DNA of 64,000 nt, from NCBI GenBank assembly GCA_013265495.1, contig MU063892.1:4559308-4623307 (forward strand), written 5' to 3'. The notes beneath the pieces are model-generated. The model saw nothing but the letters and a program-made list of their open reading frames with translations. It did no database searches and was not told the origin of the DNA. Positions 25,501 through 38,640 of this stretch are shown here, in pieces. Source of the DNA: Vicugna vicugna. Lineage: Eukaryota. The first letter of the stretch is position 1, and every line of letters starts with the position of its first letter. A program made the translations under genes and the position numbers.

Positions 25501-27136
25501 GTCAGGTAGTTTATTTTTTTTAAGAGCCTATGTTATAGAGCCCAATTGCACAGCCTGAGCTCAAACCCCAGCCCCACCACATGCTTCCCACGTGAGCTTT
25601 TCTGTAGCTTTGTTTGCCCGTGTGGACAACGTGGACAGAATGCCATAGGGGAGTGGCGAGATTTAAATGATGCAATACCTTGTAAAGTACTGAGTTTGCC
25701 ACATGTGAGCTCACTTGAAGCATTAGCTGTTATGTTTGTTGTTATTGTAGCATAGCAGAGCGTGTTTGTGTTCTCTTTTTTCCTAATTCCTTTCTCTTTC
25801 TTTTGCTGAAAGGCTCCATCCAATTTATGATGCATCTTAAAATCAATAGGATCTTAGTATTGAGAGTTTACCCTAATCCCTTTGTCATGGGGCTTAGGGA
25901 AGACTTAAATGAATATATAAAATCTAGTACAGTGCTGTAGGCCTAGCGGCCTTATGGGTATGGGAAGATTTGCAGAATGAACAACAAGGCATATGTATGC
26001 GACACGTACAGTGCTTGGGGGTGGAAAAAGAAGGAAAAATTCCTGACCACAGGAATTAGAAAAGTATTTGCAGGAGAGAGAACACTGGCAATTAACCTTG
26101 AATTGTGTATAGTATTTGGCTGTGTGGAATTTGAGGCAGGAGGGAAGACTTTCAAGTCTCAAAGGTTGAAGGGCCAAAGAAAAGAACTCTCCCCTAGACA
26201 ATCTCCATTCTTCAGCCTGTTCCAGCAGAAAGTTGCTGGGAATGAGATTTTTAACTTTCAGGGGCACTAATGATGTCAGCTACAAAGGTGGAGGAGCAAG
26301 CTCTAGTTAAATTGCGTGCAGATCCCTTTCAATTCTGAAAATCTTAGCTGGGCCCCTCCTGTGTGCCAGGAACTGTGCCAGGGGCCATAGGAATACAGAG
26401 ATGAATAAGGCTCACCTCTGCATGCAGAAATCTCATGGTGTAGCAAGGAGCACGGAACAAGAGATTGACTTGAGAGGTGAAAATAAAAGATACTCATGGA
26501 GAGAGAAGCATGGTGAGCAACGCTTATTGCTACACACTGGGCTTTCTTCACAATTTCACTGAGAGCTGATTCTTCTTATAAGAGACATGGAAGAATAGCT
26601 ATTATAGTTGGAATAATAATCAGACACAAAGCTCAGCTTTTAGGAGCCCCTCAGTGATTTTTCTGTGATCTCAAATCAATGAAAATGAAATGATGAAATC
26701 CTGTTAATTCCTGCACAGTGTTGAAAGAATAATGGGACACCAGAATGCAAGCTAGCATCGCTCACTTGGTGACACTTTTCACACTGAATTAGCTCCGAAT
26801 AGAATTAAGAAGAGTTCCTTGTTCTTTTGGCCTTTCATTTCCAAGACTAAGAATTTATTGAACACCTATTATATGCCAGTATTAAAGATATACGCTAAGT
26901 ATTAAAGATCTAGAAATGTTAAGACAAAGATCTCAATGCATTATTAAATGAGACAGAGCTGCAAACAGAAAGATGTTGTACTTTGGGATGGTTGAAGAGG
27001 TTAGAGGAAAAGTTCAGGGCAGAGAGCAGACACAAGAGAGGAGGTGCTTAAACTCACCTGGAAGTTAAAGGAAAGGCCTCACGGAGGGAGGACCTCTGAG
27101 CCAAACTGCAGAGTATTAGCAGGAAGTCACTAGGTC

Positions 27137-27763
27137 ACTGATTCTCAAAGTGTGATCCCTAGACCTATAGCGTCAGCATTACCTGGAAACTTGTTAGAAA
27201 GGCAAATGCTCAGACTCCACCTGTGGTTGACTGACAGAGACCATCACAAGTATCAGTTCCCAATCCCTAGAACTTGTAAATGTTACTTATTTGGAAAACA
27301 GGGTCTTTGTAGATGGGATTAAGAGTCTTAAATATGTTGATTATCCTGGATGATCTGGATGGGCCCAAAAGATTATAAATTCCCTTGTAAGAGAGAAGCA
27401 GAGAGAAATTTAGCACACACCAAGGAGATGTGAAAATGTGAAGATGGGATTAGAGACTGCAGTAACACAACCACAGCCCAGGAATGCCAGCAGCCACCAG
27501 AAGCTGAAAGAGGCGAAGAACAGCTTCTCCCTCCAGAGTCACATCGGGCAGTGCAGCCTTACTAACACCTTGATTTTGGCCTCCTGATACTGATTTCAGA
27601 CTTCGGTTGTTTTAAGCCACTCCCCACTTGTGGTGATTTATTACAGTGGCCACAGGAAACTCACACACCACTCAAGACCTGAATCAAATATTTTGGAGGT
27701 CAGCCCAGCAAGCTGGTGTAACAAGTCCTCAGGTGATTCTAATGCCCGCTAATGTTTGACTAT
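27137..27763 (+). mobile_element. MER5A (hAT-Charlie) split into 27137-27221 and 27668-27763
   Basis: ctcaaagtgtgatccc...cagcattacctggaaacttgttagaaa, then after the LTR ...caggtgattctaatgc... Confidence 0.8.
27222..27667 (+). mobile_element. MLT1C/D-like MaLR solo LTR
   Basis: TG...CA ends; ccagaagctg, ttgttttaagccac and ggaaactcacaca motifs; flanked by ccacc/ccact (near-perfect 5-bp TSD). Confidence 0.85.
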
Positions 27764-30700
27764 TAAAGCACGAGGTGGCAAAACAAGGGAAGGCTCCCCT
27801 TGCTTAAGCAGAAAATGAAGGATGGGAAGGCCTGGAAATACCAGGGTGGCAGTGGCTTTGGGCACCGCAGGATTTGTATGCTGCACGGTATTGTTGGGTC
27901 TCAGTATTTCTGTCTCTCTTCATCCCTCATGTCTATTTTTCTCTGGGTTAACGTCCTCTTCAGGTACACACGCACCAACAACTCCAGGCTTACAACCTCA
28001 GTGGAGCATTTCCAGAATAAAGAGATGACTTCTCCCCCAGGGTTTGAACCAAAGTCCCGGCACTGAGTGACAGCAGTGAGAGCTCATTATGAGGCACCTT
28101 CCCAGATACTTTGCTGAAATGAGCTTATTTCATCTTCACCCATTATTAGTCATATTTAATGCATGAGAAAGCTGAGGCACAGAGAGGTTGTATAATTTGC
28201 CCAAGGTCACACAGCCAGGAAATGGCAGAATCAGGATTTGAATCCTGAAAATCTGCCTCCTGATTTCACATTCCTCATCTCTAGGCTGTGATGCTTCTGT
28301 TGGGCTGGTTTGGGGACATTTGTCAATGTCCTAAATCAGTGCCTGAAATTAGCCAGATCTAGTTCACTGACCCACCCTTAAACCAGCACGAGTCGGGGTA
28401 CCTTTACCACGTGGATTGAGATTGCAGGTAGGGCAGTTCCCTGTGGGGAAAGTCAGGATAGGCAGCAAAGCAAGCAAACAAACAAAAACCAGTCCTCTTC
28501 TTCATGGACAAGGCATGACACTGAAGTAGCAGATGCTCCTGTGTGAAGGTTCCAGATTCCAGAATTTGACTCTAGCCCAGGCAGTGCCCCTAGTCAGATA
28601 AGTGGGGCCATCCATCTTAAAGGGAGTGCCTCAANNNNNNNNNNNNNNNNNNNNNNNNNNNNNNNNNNNNNNNNNNNNNNNNNNNNNNNNNNNNNNNNNN
28701 NNNNNNNNNNNNNNNNNNNNNNNNNNNNNNNNNNNNNNNNNNNNNNNNNNNNNNNNNNNNNNNNNNNNNNNNNNNNNNNNNNNNNNNNNNNNNNNNNNNN
28801 NNNNNNNNNNNNNNNNNNNNNNNNNNNNNNNNNNNNNNNNNNNNNNNNNNNNNNNNNNNNNNNNNNNNNNNNNNNNNNNNNNNNNNNNNNNNNNNNNNNN
28901 NNNNNNNNNNNNNNNNNNNNNNNNNNNNNNNNNNNNNNNNNNNNNNNNNNNNNNNNNNNNNNNNNNNNNNNNNNNNNNNNNNNNNNNNNNNNNNNNNNNN
29001 NNNNNNNNNNNNNNNNNNNNNNNNNNNNNNNNNNNNNNNNNNNNNNNNNNNNNNNNNNNNNNNNNNNNNNNNNNNNNNNNNNNNNNNNNNNNNNNNNNNN
29101 NNNNNNNNNNNNNNNNNNNNNNNNNNNNNNNNNNNNNNNNNNNNNNNNNNNNNNNNNNNNNNNNNNNNNNNNNNNNNNNNNNNNNNNNNNNNNNNNNNNN
29201 NNNNNNNNNNNNNNNNNNNNNNNNNNNNNNNNNNNNNNNNNNNNNNNNNNNNNNNNNNNNNNNNNNNNNNNNNNNNNNNNNNNNNNNNNNNNNNNNNNNN
29301 NNNNNNNNNNNNNNNNNNNNNNNNNNNNNNNNNNNNNNNNNNNNNNNNNNNNNNNNNNNNNNNNNNNNNNNNNNNNNNNNNNNNNNNNNNNNNNNNNNNN
29401 NNNNNNNNNNNNNNNNNNNNNNNNNNNNNNNNNNNNNNNNNNNNNNNNNNNNNNNNNNNNNNNNNNNNNNNNNNNNNNNNNNNNNNNNNNNNNNNNNNNN
29501 NNNNNNNNNNNNNNNNNNNNNNNNNNNNNNNNNNNNNNNNNNNNNNNNNNNNNNNNNNNNNNNNNNNNATGTGAAGATGGGATTAGAGACTGCAGTAACA
29601 CAACCACAGCCCAGGAATGCCAGCAGCCACCAGAAGCTGGAAGAGGCGAAGAACAGCTTCTCCCTCCAGAGTCACATCGGGGAGTGCAGCCTTGCTAACA
29701 CCTTCATTTTGGCCTCCTGATACTGATTTCAGACTTCGGTTGTTTTAAGCCACTCCCCACTTGTGGTGATTTATTACAGTGGCCACAGGAAACTCACACA
29801 CCACTCAAGACCTGAATCAAATATTTTGGAGGTCAGCCCAGCAAGCTGGTGTAACAAGTCCTCAGGTGATTCTAATGCCCGCTAATGTTTGACTATTAAA
29901 GCACGAGGTGGCAAAACAAGGGAAGGCTCCCCTTGCTTAAGCAGAAAATGAAGGATGGGAAGGCCTGGAAATACCAGGGTGGCAGTGGCTTTGGGCACCG
30001 CAGGATTTGTATGCTGCACGGTATTGTTGGGTCTCAGTATTTCTGTCTCTCTTCATCCCTCATGTCTATTTTTCTCTGGGTTAACGTCCTCTTCAGGTAC
30101 ACACGCACCAACAACTCCAGGCTTACAACCTCAGTGGAGCATTTCCAGAATAAAGAGATGACTTCTCCCCCAGGGTTTGAACCAAAGTCCCGGCACTGAG
30201 TGACAGCAGTGAGAGCTCATTATGAGGCACCTTCCCAGATACTTCGCTGAAATGAGCTTATTTCATCTTCACCCATTATTAGTCATATTTAATGCATGAG
30301 AAAGCTGAGGCACAGAGAGGTTGTATAATTTGCCCAAGGTCACAGCCAGGAAGTGGCAGAATCAGGATTTGAATCCTGAGAATCTGCCTCCTGATTTCAC
30401 ATTCCTCATCTCTAGGCTGTGATGCTTCTGTTGGGCTGGTTTGGGGACATTTGTCAATGTCCCAAATCAGTGCCTGAAATTAGCCAGATCTAGTTCACTG
30501 ACCCACCCTTAAACCAGCACGAGTCGGGGTACCTTTACCACGTGGATTGAGATTGCAGGTAGGGCAGTTCCCTGTGGGGAAAGTCAGGATAGGCAGCAAA
30601 GCAAGCAAACAAACAAAAACCAGTCCTCTTCTTCATGGACAAGGCATGACACTGAAGTAGCAGATGCTCCTGTGTGAAGGTTCCAGATTCCAGAATTTGA

Positions 30701-30765
30701 CTCTAGCCCAGGCAGTGCCCCTAGTCAGATAAGTGGGGCCATCCATCTTAAAGGGAGTGCCTCAA
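27436..30765 (+). repeat. About 1.2-kb direct duplication (27436-28634 and 29569-30765) separated only by 934 N
   Basis: Direct comparison by eye gives 8 substitutions and one 2-bp indel. Copy ends coincide exactly with the gap edges. Confidence 0.95.
28075..28270 (-). mobile_element. MIR (also present in the duplicate copy at about 30210-30400)
   Basis: gaaagctgaggcacagagaggttgtataatttgcccaaggtcacacagcc...caggatttgaatcc. Confidence 0.8.
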
Positions 30766-31724
30766 CAAAAGCACGCTGGATACTTCCCTGTGTGAAGGAC
30801 ACTGTGTTGGCTCTGGAAACATAAAGACCAGAAGAGGGGGAAGGGGTAGGAAAGTGAGCATGGGCCTGGACTCTTACAAATATGGGTATGAATCCTGGCA
30901 TCACAATTTGCTACCTGAACTGCCAAGTCAGTTAACCTCTTTGAGCCTCCATTTCTCAACCTGGAAGGTAGAGATTGTTGTGTTTCTTTCAGACAGTGGT
31001 TGTTAGGATTATGCAATGTCTATAGAGTGAGAGTGCAGCACCTCACATGTAACTGGCATTCAGTGGGTGGGAAGGTTTTAGAAGTTTTGGTAGGCATTTT
31101 AGTACAAATAAGGAAGTCAACATGTGATGCAGTTGGGTTAAGGGATAAAAGATGTAGTTTGTGGCACAGAAGCGGTACGCAGAAGGGACCAGTACATTGC
31201 TCCTGATCACTTTAGGTATCAGCAGCAGAGGCAAGAGCAGGTAAGAGCAGGGGTACAGCAGCGTGTGTGGGGTGGGCAGGAGTGGGGCTCGGCCAGTGCA
31301 GGTGATGCGTTACACTGGGACAGCTGGGTGAGAAGGCCCAGGGCAGCGGAGCCCTGGGTCAGGGGAGTCCTTTGATGGAGGCCTTGCATGGTTTGATACT
31401 CAAGATGCTCCCTCCTATGGGACGTGAGTTAAACTCAGACTTCTTGCCTTTGTCTTCCCTACAACCTCAACGGGATTTTGTAAGTGAGTGACTCCGAGTG
31501 TGTGTGTGTATGTGTGTTTGCATGGTAGGCAACTGCGGAGCACACTTCCCTTCCCAATGGAGATGTTGAGACGGGGGTGGGCTTCTTCAGCCCTCATTAG
31601 ATAGAGTCTCCGCCCCGAGTTTTGTTTCCCCCAGTTTCCCACGCAGATGTTCTTTTCCTAAAGGGCAAGAGGCCTTCAATAGGCGGCCCACTTACCTGCT
31701 TGAAACACAGAAGAGAGGAGTTTG

Positions 31725-31960
31725 GGGCCAAGGAAACAGTGAAGGCTTTGGAGTCAAACCTCCTGAGTTCAAATCCTGTCTCCGCCACTTAGCAGCAGGC
31801 CTTGGACAACATATGTTTAAACTTTCCGAGCCTCAGTTTCCTGTCTGTAAATGGGAATGCAATCGCTGTTGTATCTTTGGATGTCTTTGTGAATTGAATG
31901 CGATAACACATTTAAACTCTCAGCCCCGTAGTCATAGATAATCACGACAAACATGTGCTG
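31725..31960 (+). mobile_element. MIR
   Basis: ggctttggagtcaaacctcctgagttcaaatcctgtctccgccactta...cctcagtttcctgtctgtaaatggg. Confidence 0.8.
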
Positions 31961-33214
31961 AGCGTTTACTTCACAGATGTCAGTTCTGATTCCTCAAGAC
32001 AACTCAATGATGGGGTTGCTTCTGTTTACAGAGGAGAATGCTGAGGCACAGAAAGTTTAAATCTGCTGCCCAGCACGTTACAGGTGGTGAGAGGCAGAAT
32101 CGGGCTTTGAACTCAAGCTGTTTGGTGAATGCTCGGTGAATGCTGGCCATTGTTGATGTGTGTGTGTGTTGAGCGGAATGGAATCTGGGCACTGGCATTT
32201 GCCCTCTCTTCTTTTAGAAGAATGAAGCCGTTCTGAGATGCATTAGTATGAAGAACTCCACACCCCCCACCAAATGGATCTGCTCTCTTCCCACATCGTT
32301 TCACAGCCTCACTGCCTGTCATTCAGCCAGCGAGCCTGGAAGATATATATTTTTCCCCCATTTTACTTTAGCGATCATAATAAAAGTGAAGTCTATTAGG
32401 ATGAGTTTCTGCCCAGGCTCGGTAAATCTCTTCAAACACCATTCGGCACCAGATTTTTGTTAGTCTTTGCCACTGGGGAGGCTGTAGCACACACCGATTG
32501 TGAGCTTGGGCGGAAGACCCATGACACAGCCTCCGCTAAATGAAACTCAAATGGAGACTTTGGAATATAAATATTGAAGTGACCCAGGTTGGATAAAGGG
32601 GAACCAGTTAGCTAAGCTTCTCTCTNNNNNNNNNNNNNNNNNNNNNNNNNNNNNNNNNNNNNNNNNNNNNNNNNNNNNNNNNNNNNNNNNNNNNNNNNNN
32701 NNNNNNNNNNNNNNNNNNNNNNNNNNNNNNNNNNNNNNNNNNNNNNNNNNNNNNNNNNNNNNNNNNNNNNNNNCTTCTGATGTTGAAATGGGACTGCAGA
32801 TCTTTGGATGAAAAAAGAGAGAGAGAGTGAAGGGAGGGAGAGACATGAAAGTATGATTTTTTTTTGGCAAGCACACTGGGCTAGGGGTCAGGATACCTGG
32901 GTTTCAGTCCTGACTCCACATTGAAGACAGAGATAAACAGCATTTTGGGCATACCTGACTGGGCGGAGGCCTTTACATAGCATCTCATATGTGATCCTTG
33001 CAGTTGTCTTCCAAGGTCAAGGTTATTTTTATCCACCCCCACCCACATTTCACGGATGAGAAATCTGACATTCTAAGACCTTAAGTAGCACAGCTGGTAA
33101 GAGGATGAGTTGGAATTTGAACACAAGGCTTCTGATCTCAAGACCTTTGCTCCATCCGTCATGCCACTGTGGCTTCCCCTCTTGCTACATGGGAACACTT
33201 TCTGCTCTTTATTA

Positions 33215-33650
33215 TTCAGGTTGTTTCTGGTTTCAGGACAGAGAAACCCAATTCAGATTAGCTTAATGACGACTGCACTGGAAGGCTGCCATGGGAAGGG
33301 TGAAAGATCAGCTTAGCCACAGGGCTGAGAGGAGGGAAGGGAATTACATGACATCAGGATTCTGTCTTTCCCCTCTGAATCCTTCCAGGATGGCTTCATC
33401 CTCTTCTCCTGCCCAGCTACTTCCTCCCCACTCCCACCCCATGATAAGGGTTGTGATAACCATGAGTTTCCAAGACTACTGTGCTCTTACCACCAAAGAG
33501 TGAATGCTTCCCTTCCTTGAGCTGCAGTTTGAAGAATTCTAGAGAAGGCATCTTCCTGGTGTGACAAGGGTTAGGAGCTGACCTCTGGATTAGTCACTTT
33601 TGATTAGGGGACAGGATCACAAAGTACAAACACAGTCATGGAAGAAAGTG
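33215..33650 (-). mobile_element. Old MLT1 (K/L-like) LTR remnant
   Basis: caggttgtttctggtttcaggacagagaaacccaattcagattagcttaa... Confidence 0.5.
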
Positions 33651-33747
33651 GGAGCACCATGAATGAGCTGAACATCTCCAACCCATGTCTTCAGAATCTT
33701 CTCTGGGCTTCTGTTTATCCATCTGCCTTAGAGGCTGGACTAAATCA

Positions 33748-33940
33748 GAGCTGGCAGATAGCAGACATCTCATGTGCCAACTCAGATAAATGAGTTGGGG
33801 CTGCCTAGGATATTAAGCTGGGAAGATTTCTGAGGCTATAGACCGACACAGCTGGAAAGATTGTTACGATCAACTCCTGACGCCTGCCTTCAGCATGGGA
33901 TGAGAACTGTGACAGAAGGTCAGGTATTGGCCATCTGTGA
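33748..33940. mobile_element. Possible hAT MITE (MER117-like)
   Basis: gctggcagatag...catgtgccaactc...ggctgcct...tattggccatc; family name uncertain. Confidence 0.4.
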
Positions 33941-34710
33941 ACCTGGTGAGATTTAGAGATCCTCTGTTTTTGCATCTGATGACTTGTGGATTGTATTCCA
34001 CCGTAAAATGAAGAGAGATTTTTGGCCTCTGAGATACAGGAGAAAGATAGTCATGTGGATGGAGATATTGAAGATGAGTTGGAAATGGAGCTGTCTTACT
34101 CCATCTAACCGTTTTGTATCCATCTATCTGTTATCTCAGGGGGTATATTTGGATAATCTTATCTTGGTGCCAGTAAGCTTCCTGAAATAGATTTCTGGCT
34201 TGAGGCAAAGTTGAGGCTTCTGTGTAGGTGCTTCCTAGATATTGTCTGGCACTGTCATTGTCACTTGTAATACATTAAAAATGGAACACTAATTTAAGCT
34301 GTAAACAAACCACTCATATCACAGGGGCCTTGAACTGCATTTTAGAGTTTTAAAGACATGTTTAAACAATTATAAGCTCACAAACTGGATGTGACCTTCT
34401 GAGTCTTTTTTTTTTTCAATCCCCCTGCCATCACATGATGGTTCTAAGTTAATACAGTCCACCTGCCTGTAGGTATCTCCTAGCCTCTGGATGTGAGCTC
34501 TGTGTTCCCTTAGAAATCCCTGCTCTGGTCTCACCTAAGCAGCCCAGGCTTTAGGCTCTGCAAGCATTATCTCCAGGCAGTGATCATTGAGATAAGCTAA
34601 GATGAGCAATCATTTTGCCTTCTAAGGCCTGCTCACTTGGGCTAGGTAGGACCACCCATTTCTTTAGTGTATCTTTCTCTACTAGAGAAATGCCAATCCC
34701 CCTTGTACCC

Positions 34711-34711
<1 letters not shown>

Positions 34712-34749
<38 letters not shown>
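34712..34749. repeat. (AC)19 microsatellite
   Basis: Read directly. Confidence 0.95.
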
Positions 34750-34751
<2 letters not shown>

Positions 34752-35229
34752 TGCAGTCTGGTCAGAGAGATGATTGGATATTTCAGTGAGTCATGAATTG
34801 ATCTGGCTTAGTTGATTAGGCTTAATTCCTTTTCTTCTCACTAACTAAGGAAACCAGTATCAATGAGGCTCCCAGCAAGAGGCAGATGGCCTGCTCAAAG
34901 GAGAAAGTTTCAGAGGGGGCTATGCACAAAGTTGAGGGGATAGTTCTAGAAAAGAGATATTCAGTACACTGTGGCTAGCGTCAGTGGGTCCAGGTGAGGG
35001 TGAGGCTACCAGAACATGGAGAGAGAGTTCCATGGAAAGTGCCACCTGACAGGAGTGGTGACCTTTAGTCAAGGGACATAGGAAAGAAGCCAGAGGAATG
35101 AACATCCTAGCCTCACTCAGCCACCTCCTGTCTGACCTTCTGCTGGCCGCCAAAGCCAGGCTCCTAAGGAAGAAGGCTGGGCAAGGATGAGCTGAGGGTG
35201 GAGGTGGAGGAGCAGATAGAAGAGATCCA

Positions 35230-35940
35230 TCATCTACTCCAGGCCCTTCCATCCCACCTCCAAAATATCCTCAGACGTCCCTACCTCTCCATCTTCCCTG
35301 ACACACCCAGAATCAGATCCTCCTGGAGAGACCCACTGCTCCCCCCGACCACATCCCCTTGCACATCCCAGTCCAACCCCTACACAGGTCGAGCCATGTC
35401 TCTCTCCTGCTAGAACCATCCAGAGCCCCACCACCTGCACCGCGCAGCCTCAGAGTAAAAATCCAGAGCATTTCCCCTGGGGCGCATTAGCACTTCAGAT
35501 TCTGGCCACCCTGCCCTCCAGGGTCTCGTTTCCCACTATGTCACCATTGGCCTTTCCTTCAAAATGCAAAATACACTCTCCCATCTCCTTGCCTTTGCCA
35601 GTGCTGTCCTTCTGAACTGTCTTAATACTCACAGTGTCCCCTATGTCCTCACTACTCTTCCATCGCAGTCTTGCGGAAATGTCACTTCCTCTGAGCAGCC
35701 TTTCAGGAATATGCCCTCCTTCCATCACCAGAATCAGAGCCCCCTCATTGCTGTGTTCGTGCTGCTAGAATATCTCCTCCTTAATTACAGGACAGCACAC
35801 TGTCCTTGCGTTATGGTTCATTGTAGAAGGGCACCCCGCTCTGCCCTCAACTGGTAATCTGTGTGTTCCTGGAAGTCAAGAGCTGAATCTTAACCATCTT
35901 TGTATTCCCGGTTCTAGGCAAGTAAGCAGCTCAGGGAAGG
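35230..35940 (+). mobile_element. L2 LINE 3' portion
   Basis: gcctttgccagtgctgtcc...aaatgtcacttcctctgag...catctttgtattccc. Confidence 0.65.
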
Positions 35941-37229
35941 GGTACAGAACATTTGGATGTCCCAGTTAGATGTGACTATGTTGGCACGGTCTTGAGGATA
36001 TTTTGATATTACCAATAAATTGCTCAACAGATATTCAACAGATATCTTTACACTGTGTCTGAGCATCACCCAGTCCCCTTACATAGAAATATCCTTAGTA
36101 TCAAATAGCCCTATCAAAACTTCCTGCCTCACAGTGTTCATGGATATAACAAAATTGAAAAGGAGGGTTCCCTAATTTGAAAGGTGTAAGAAATCCTGTG
36201 ATAAAGGAAGTTGCTATATTGATTTCCTTGGTGGAGGCTTTTCCAAAGACATTAATATATTAATGAAAGTCATGAATTTTTAGAAAGCGAAGGCTGCACA
36301 CTACCGTCTCCCCAGCGCTCTTTAACTAGATGCAGGCTCAGGACCAGCACTCCTTGAGACCCACTTGAAGTCATACCATGTTAACCCAGTGAGGCTCAGA
36401 GGCTACACACGTTAAACAAAACATCAGAGAAAGAGGGATTTGATTCCAGAGGGGTGGGCAGGAAAAGGGGATAGAGCTCTTTCAAAGCACACATGTGTTC
36501 TTTGGGAAGAGGGGGAAGCTGGCTTCCATCCTGCTGACTTGTTAGTCGGTCCACCTGCCCACTGAGCTCCACATTCTATTCCCCGACCCTGCAGAAGACA
36601 CAGTGCCTTTATGAGGGGTGCAGGTTTGGGATAGGATGGGCACGTCGGAATATTCCAGAGAGGGAACAAATCCTGGCTGAGTAGAATTGTAAGATCGCCT
36701 AACTGGCAGAAGAGGGAAAGGAAGTAGCAAGGAGAAACAGTAGTGAGAGAGGAAAACTTCATAGTCACCCAGCCTTTTGAAAATCTTAAGCTCAGCACAG
36801 CCCAGTGGTTAGCAGGATCTGCACTAGTGCTCAAAGCCCATCTCTGCCACTCACCGTCTGGGGAGGGTGGGCAAGTTACTAGACCTCCCTCTGCCTCCAT
36901 GTCCACATTTGCAAAAAAGAGATAACTGCACCTACCCTGTACGATTGCTATTGCGAATTAAGTGAGTTGATATGTATGATGTTTTTGGCACAAGAAGAAT
37001 GGCTATTATTGTTAAAATAATATTACAACTGTTTAGCCCAGACTTAATCCACTGCAGGAACTTCTCATTAGGCTCTTTTTAAACTCTTGTCCAGCAAAAG
37101 GGATGATGATTCATGCCCATTGTAAGCTCCACTTTTCCTTCTTAGTCCTTTGCATTCAGTAAGTACTCAGCATGTGCATGAGGATTGAGTCATTGGAAGT
37201 GGCCCCAAAATGCTTCGAAAAAGAGTAAG

Positions 37230-37722
37230 AGACACATAGCAGCATCATTCACAATAACTAAAGTGTGGAAGCAGCCCAGTGTCCTTTCCAGGGCTGAAAA
37301 GACAAACAAAACATGGGATAGACCTACAGTGGGATATTATTTGGTCTTAGACATGAAGGGGATTCTGACACATGCATGAATCTTACATCCATCCATTCAT
37401 TCCACATGGGTGAACCTGGAGGGCATTATGCTAAGGAAAATAAGCCAATCACAAAAAGACACATGCTGTATAATTCTACCTCTGTGAGGCGCTTAGTCAG
37501 AAATCTTAGAGACAGGAAGTAGGATGACAGTTGCCAGGGGCGGGGTGGGCAGAGAGGTGTTATTATTTATTGGGTACAGAGTTTCAGATTTGCACAATGG
37601 AAAGTTCTGGAGATGGTGGTGATGGTTGTACAACAACATAAATGTACCTAATGTCACTGATCGGTATGCTTAAAAATGGTTAAGGTAGTAACTTTTATGC
37701 TATGTATGTTTTATCACAAAAA
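37230..37722 (+). mobile_element. Old L1 (L1MB-type) 3' end
   Basis: catagcagcatcattcacaata...gaacctggagggcattatgctaag...gggtacagagtttcag...aaaagttctggag-like...aaaaatggttaag. Confidence 0.85.
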
Positions 37723-38225
37723 GCGGGAGTGGAAAGTTAAGTGAAAAAAGAGGAATAAGAACATGGAAGAGAATGGTTTGGAAGGAAATATGCACAGGCA
37801 CCCCAGTCAGTCCTTACAAGGCATGTCAGACGCCTCAAGGGCCTCCTGGGTACAGAGTTCCTGGGGCAGAGGGATGGCTTCGTGGCATGTCACTCACCAT
37901 CCTCCCTTCTAGGGTACCTTTCAGCCCTTCCACTATCCTTCTACGTACAACAGGAATGCCTTAACTGTGTTGAACTGGAACAGCCTAAGCAGGTGTGTGA
38001 CATGGATCTGGGTTTGCACACAACTCGCACAGGGATGATTGAGTCAGCTGGGAAGGCGCCTGGTCCAGAGGGGTGAACACAGCATCTGGAAGGCTTGACA
38101 GGAAACAGTCGCAGAAGTCCATGGTTCCACGTAGCCCAGAAGGACCTGGTCTTCAAGGAGCAATTTTGGTTGCCCATGAAAGTGAAGTCAAAAGGAAAAG
38201 CCTCATCTGTAAAATGGGCTTTAAA

Positions 38226-38640
38226 GGGGATGATTTTGCCCTCCAGGGGACGCTTGGCAATCTCTGTAAACATTTTTGATGGCACAGCTAGGAAGGTGCT
38301 ACTGGCATCCAGTGGGTAGAGGCAGGGATGTTGCCAAACACCCTATAATGTGCAGGACCACCCCTCTAATAACAGATACACACTACTATATATAAAACAG
38401 ATAAACAACAAGGCCCTACTATATAGCACAGGGAGCTATATTCGATTCCTTGTAATAACATACAATGGACAATAATCTGAAAATATATATATGTATATTT
38501 GTGTGTGGGTATACATATATATGTAACTGAATTGCTTTGCTGTGTATCTGAAACTAGCATTGTAAATCAACTACACTTCAGTAAAAAACATAACAACAAC
38601 AAAAAAAGAATTATCCAACCACAATTTCAGTAGATGAAGT
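38226..38640 (+). mobile_element. MER20 (hAT) split by the L1 fragment
   Basis: gattttgccctccaggggac...ctactggcatccagtgggtagaggc...ccctataatgtgcaggac, resuming at aagaattatcc after the L1. Confidence 0.8.
38367..38612 (+). mobile_element. L1 3' UTR fragment (cetartiodactyl type) inserted in MER20
   Basis: gatacacactactatatataaaacagataaacaacaaggccctact...gtaactgaattgctttgctgt...aaatcaactacacttcagtaaaaa. Confidence 0.85.

Noticed and set aside
28594-29720. 337/372-aa ORFs and other X-filled ORFs
   Set aside because: Artefacts of translating through N-runs.
27800-30199. Identical 88-aa ORF appearing twice (MLKQKMKDGKAW...)
   Set aside because: A by-product of the 1.2-kb duplication, with no coding features.
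31725-32130. Adjacent oppositely oriented MIRs as a dsRNA structure
   Set aside because: The copies are too diverged to pair extensively.
36250-36265. Perfect 16-bp palindrome CATTAATATATTAATG
   Set aside because: About one such palindrome is expected by chance in 60 kb, more if AT-rich.
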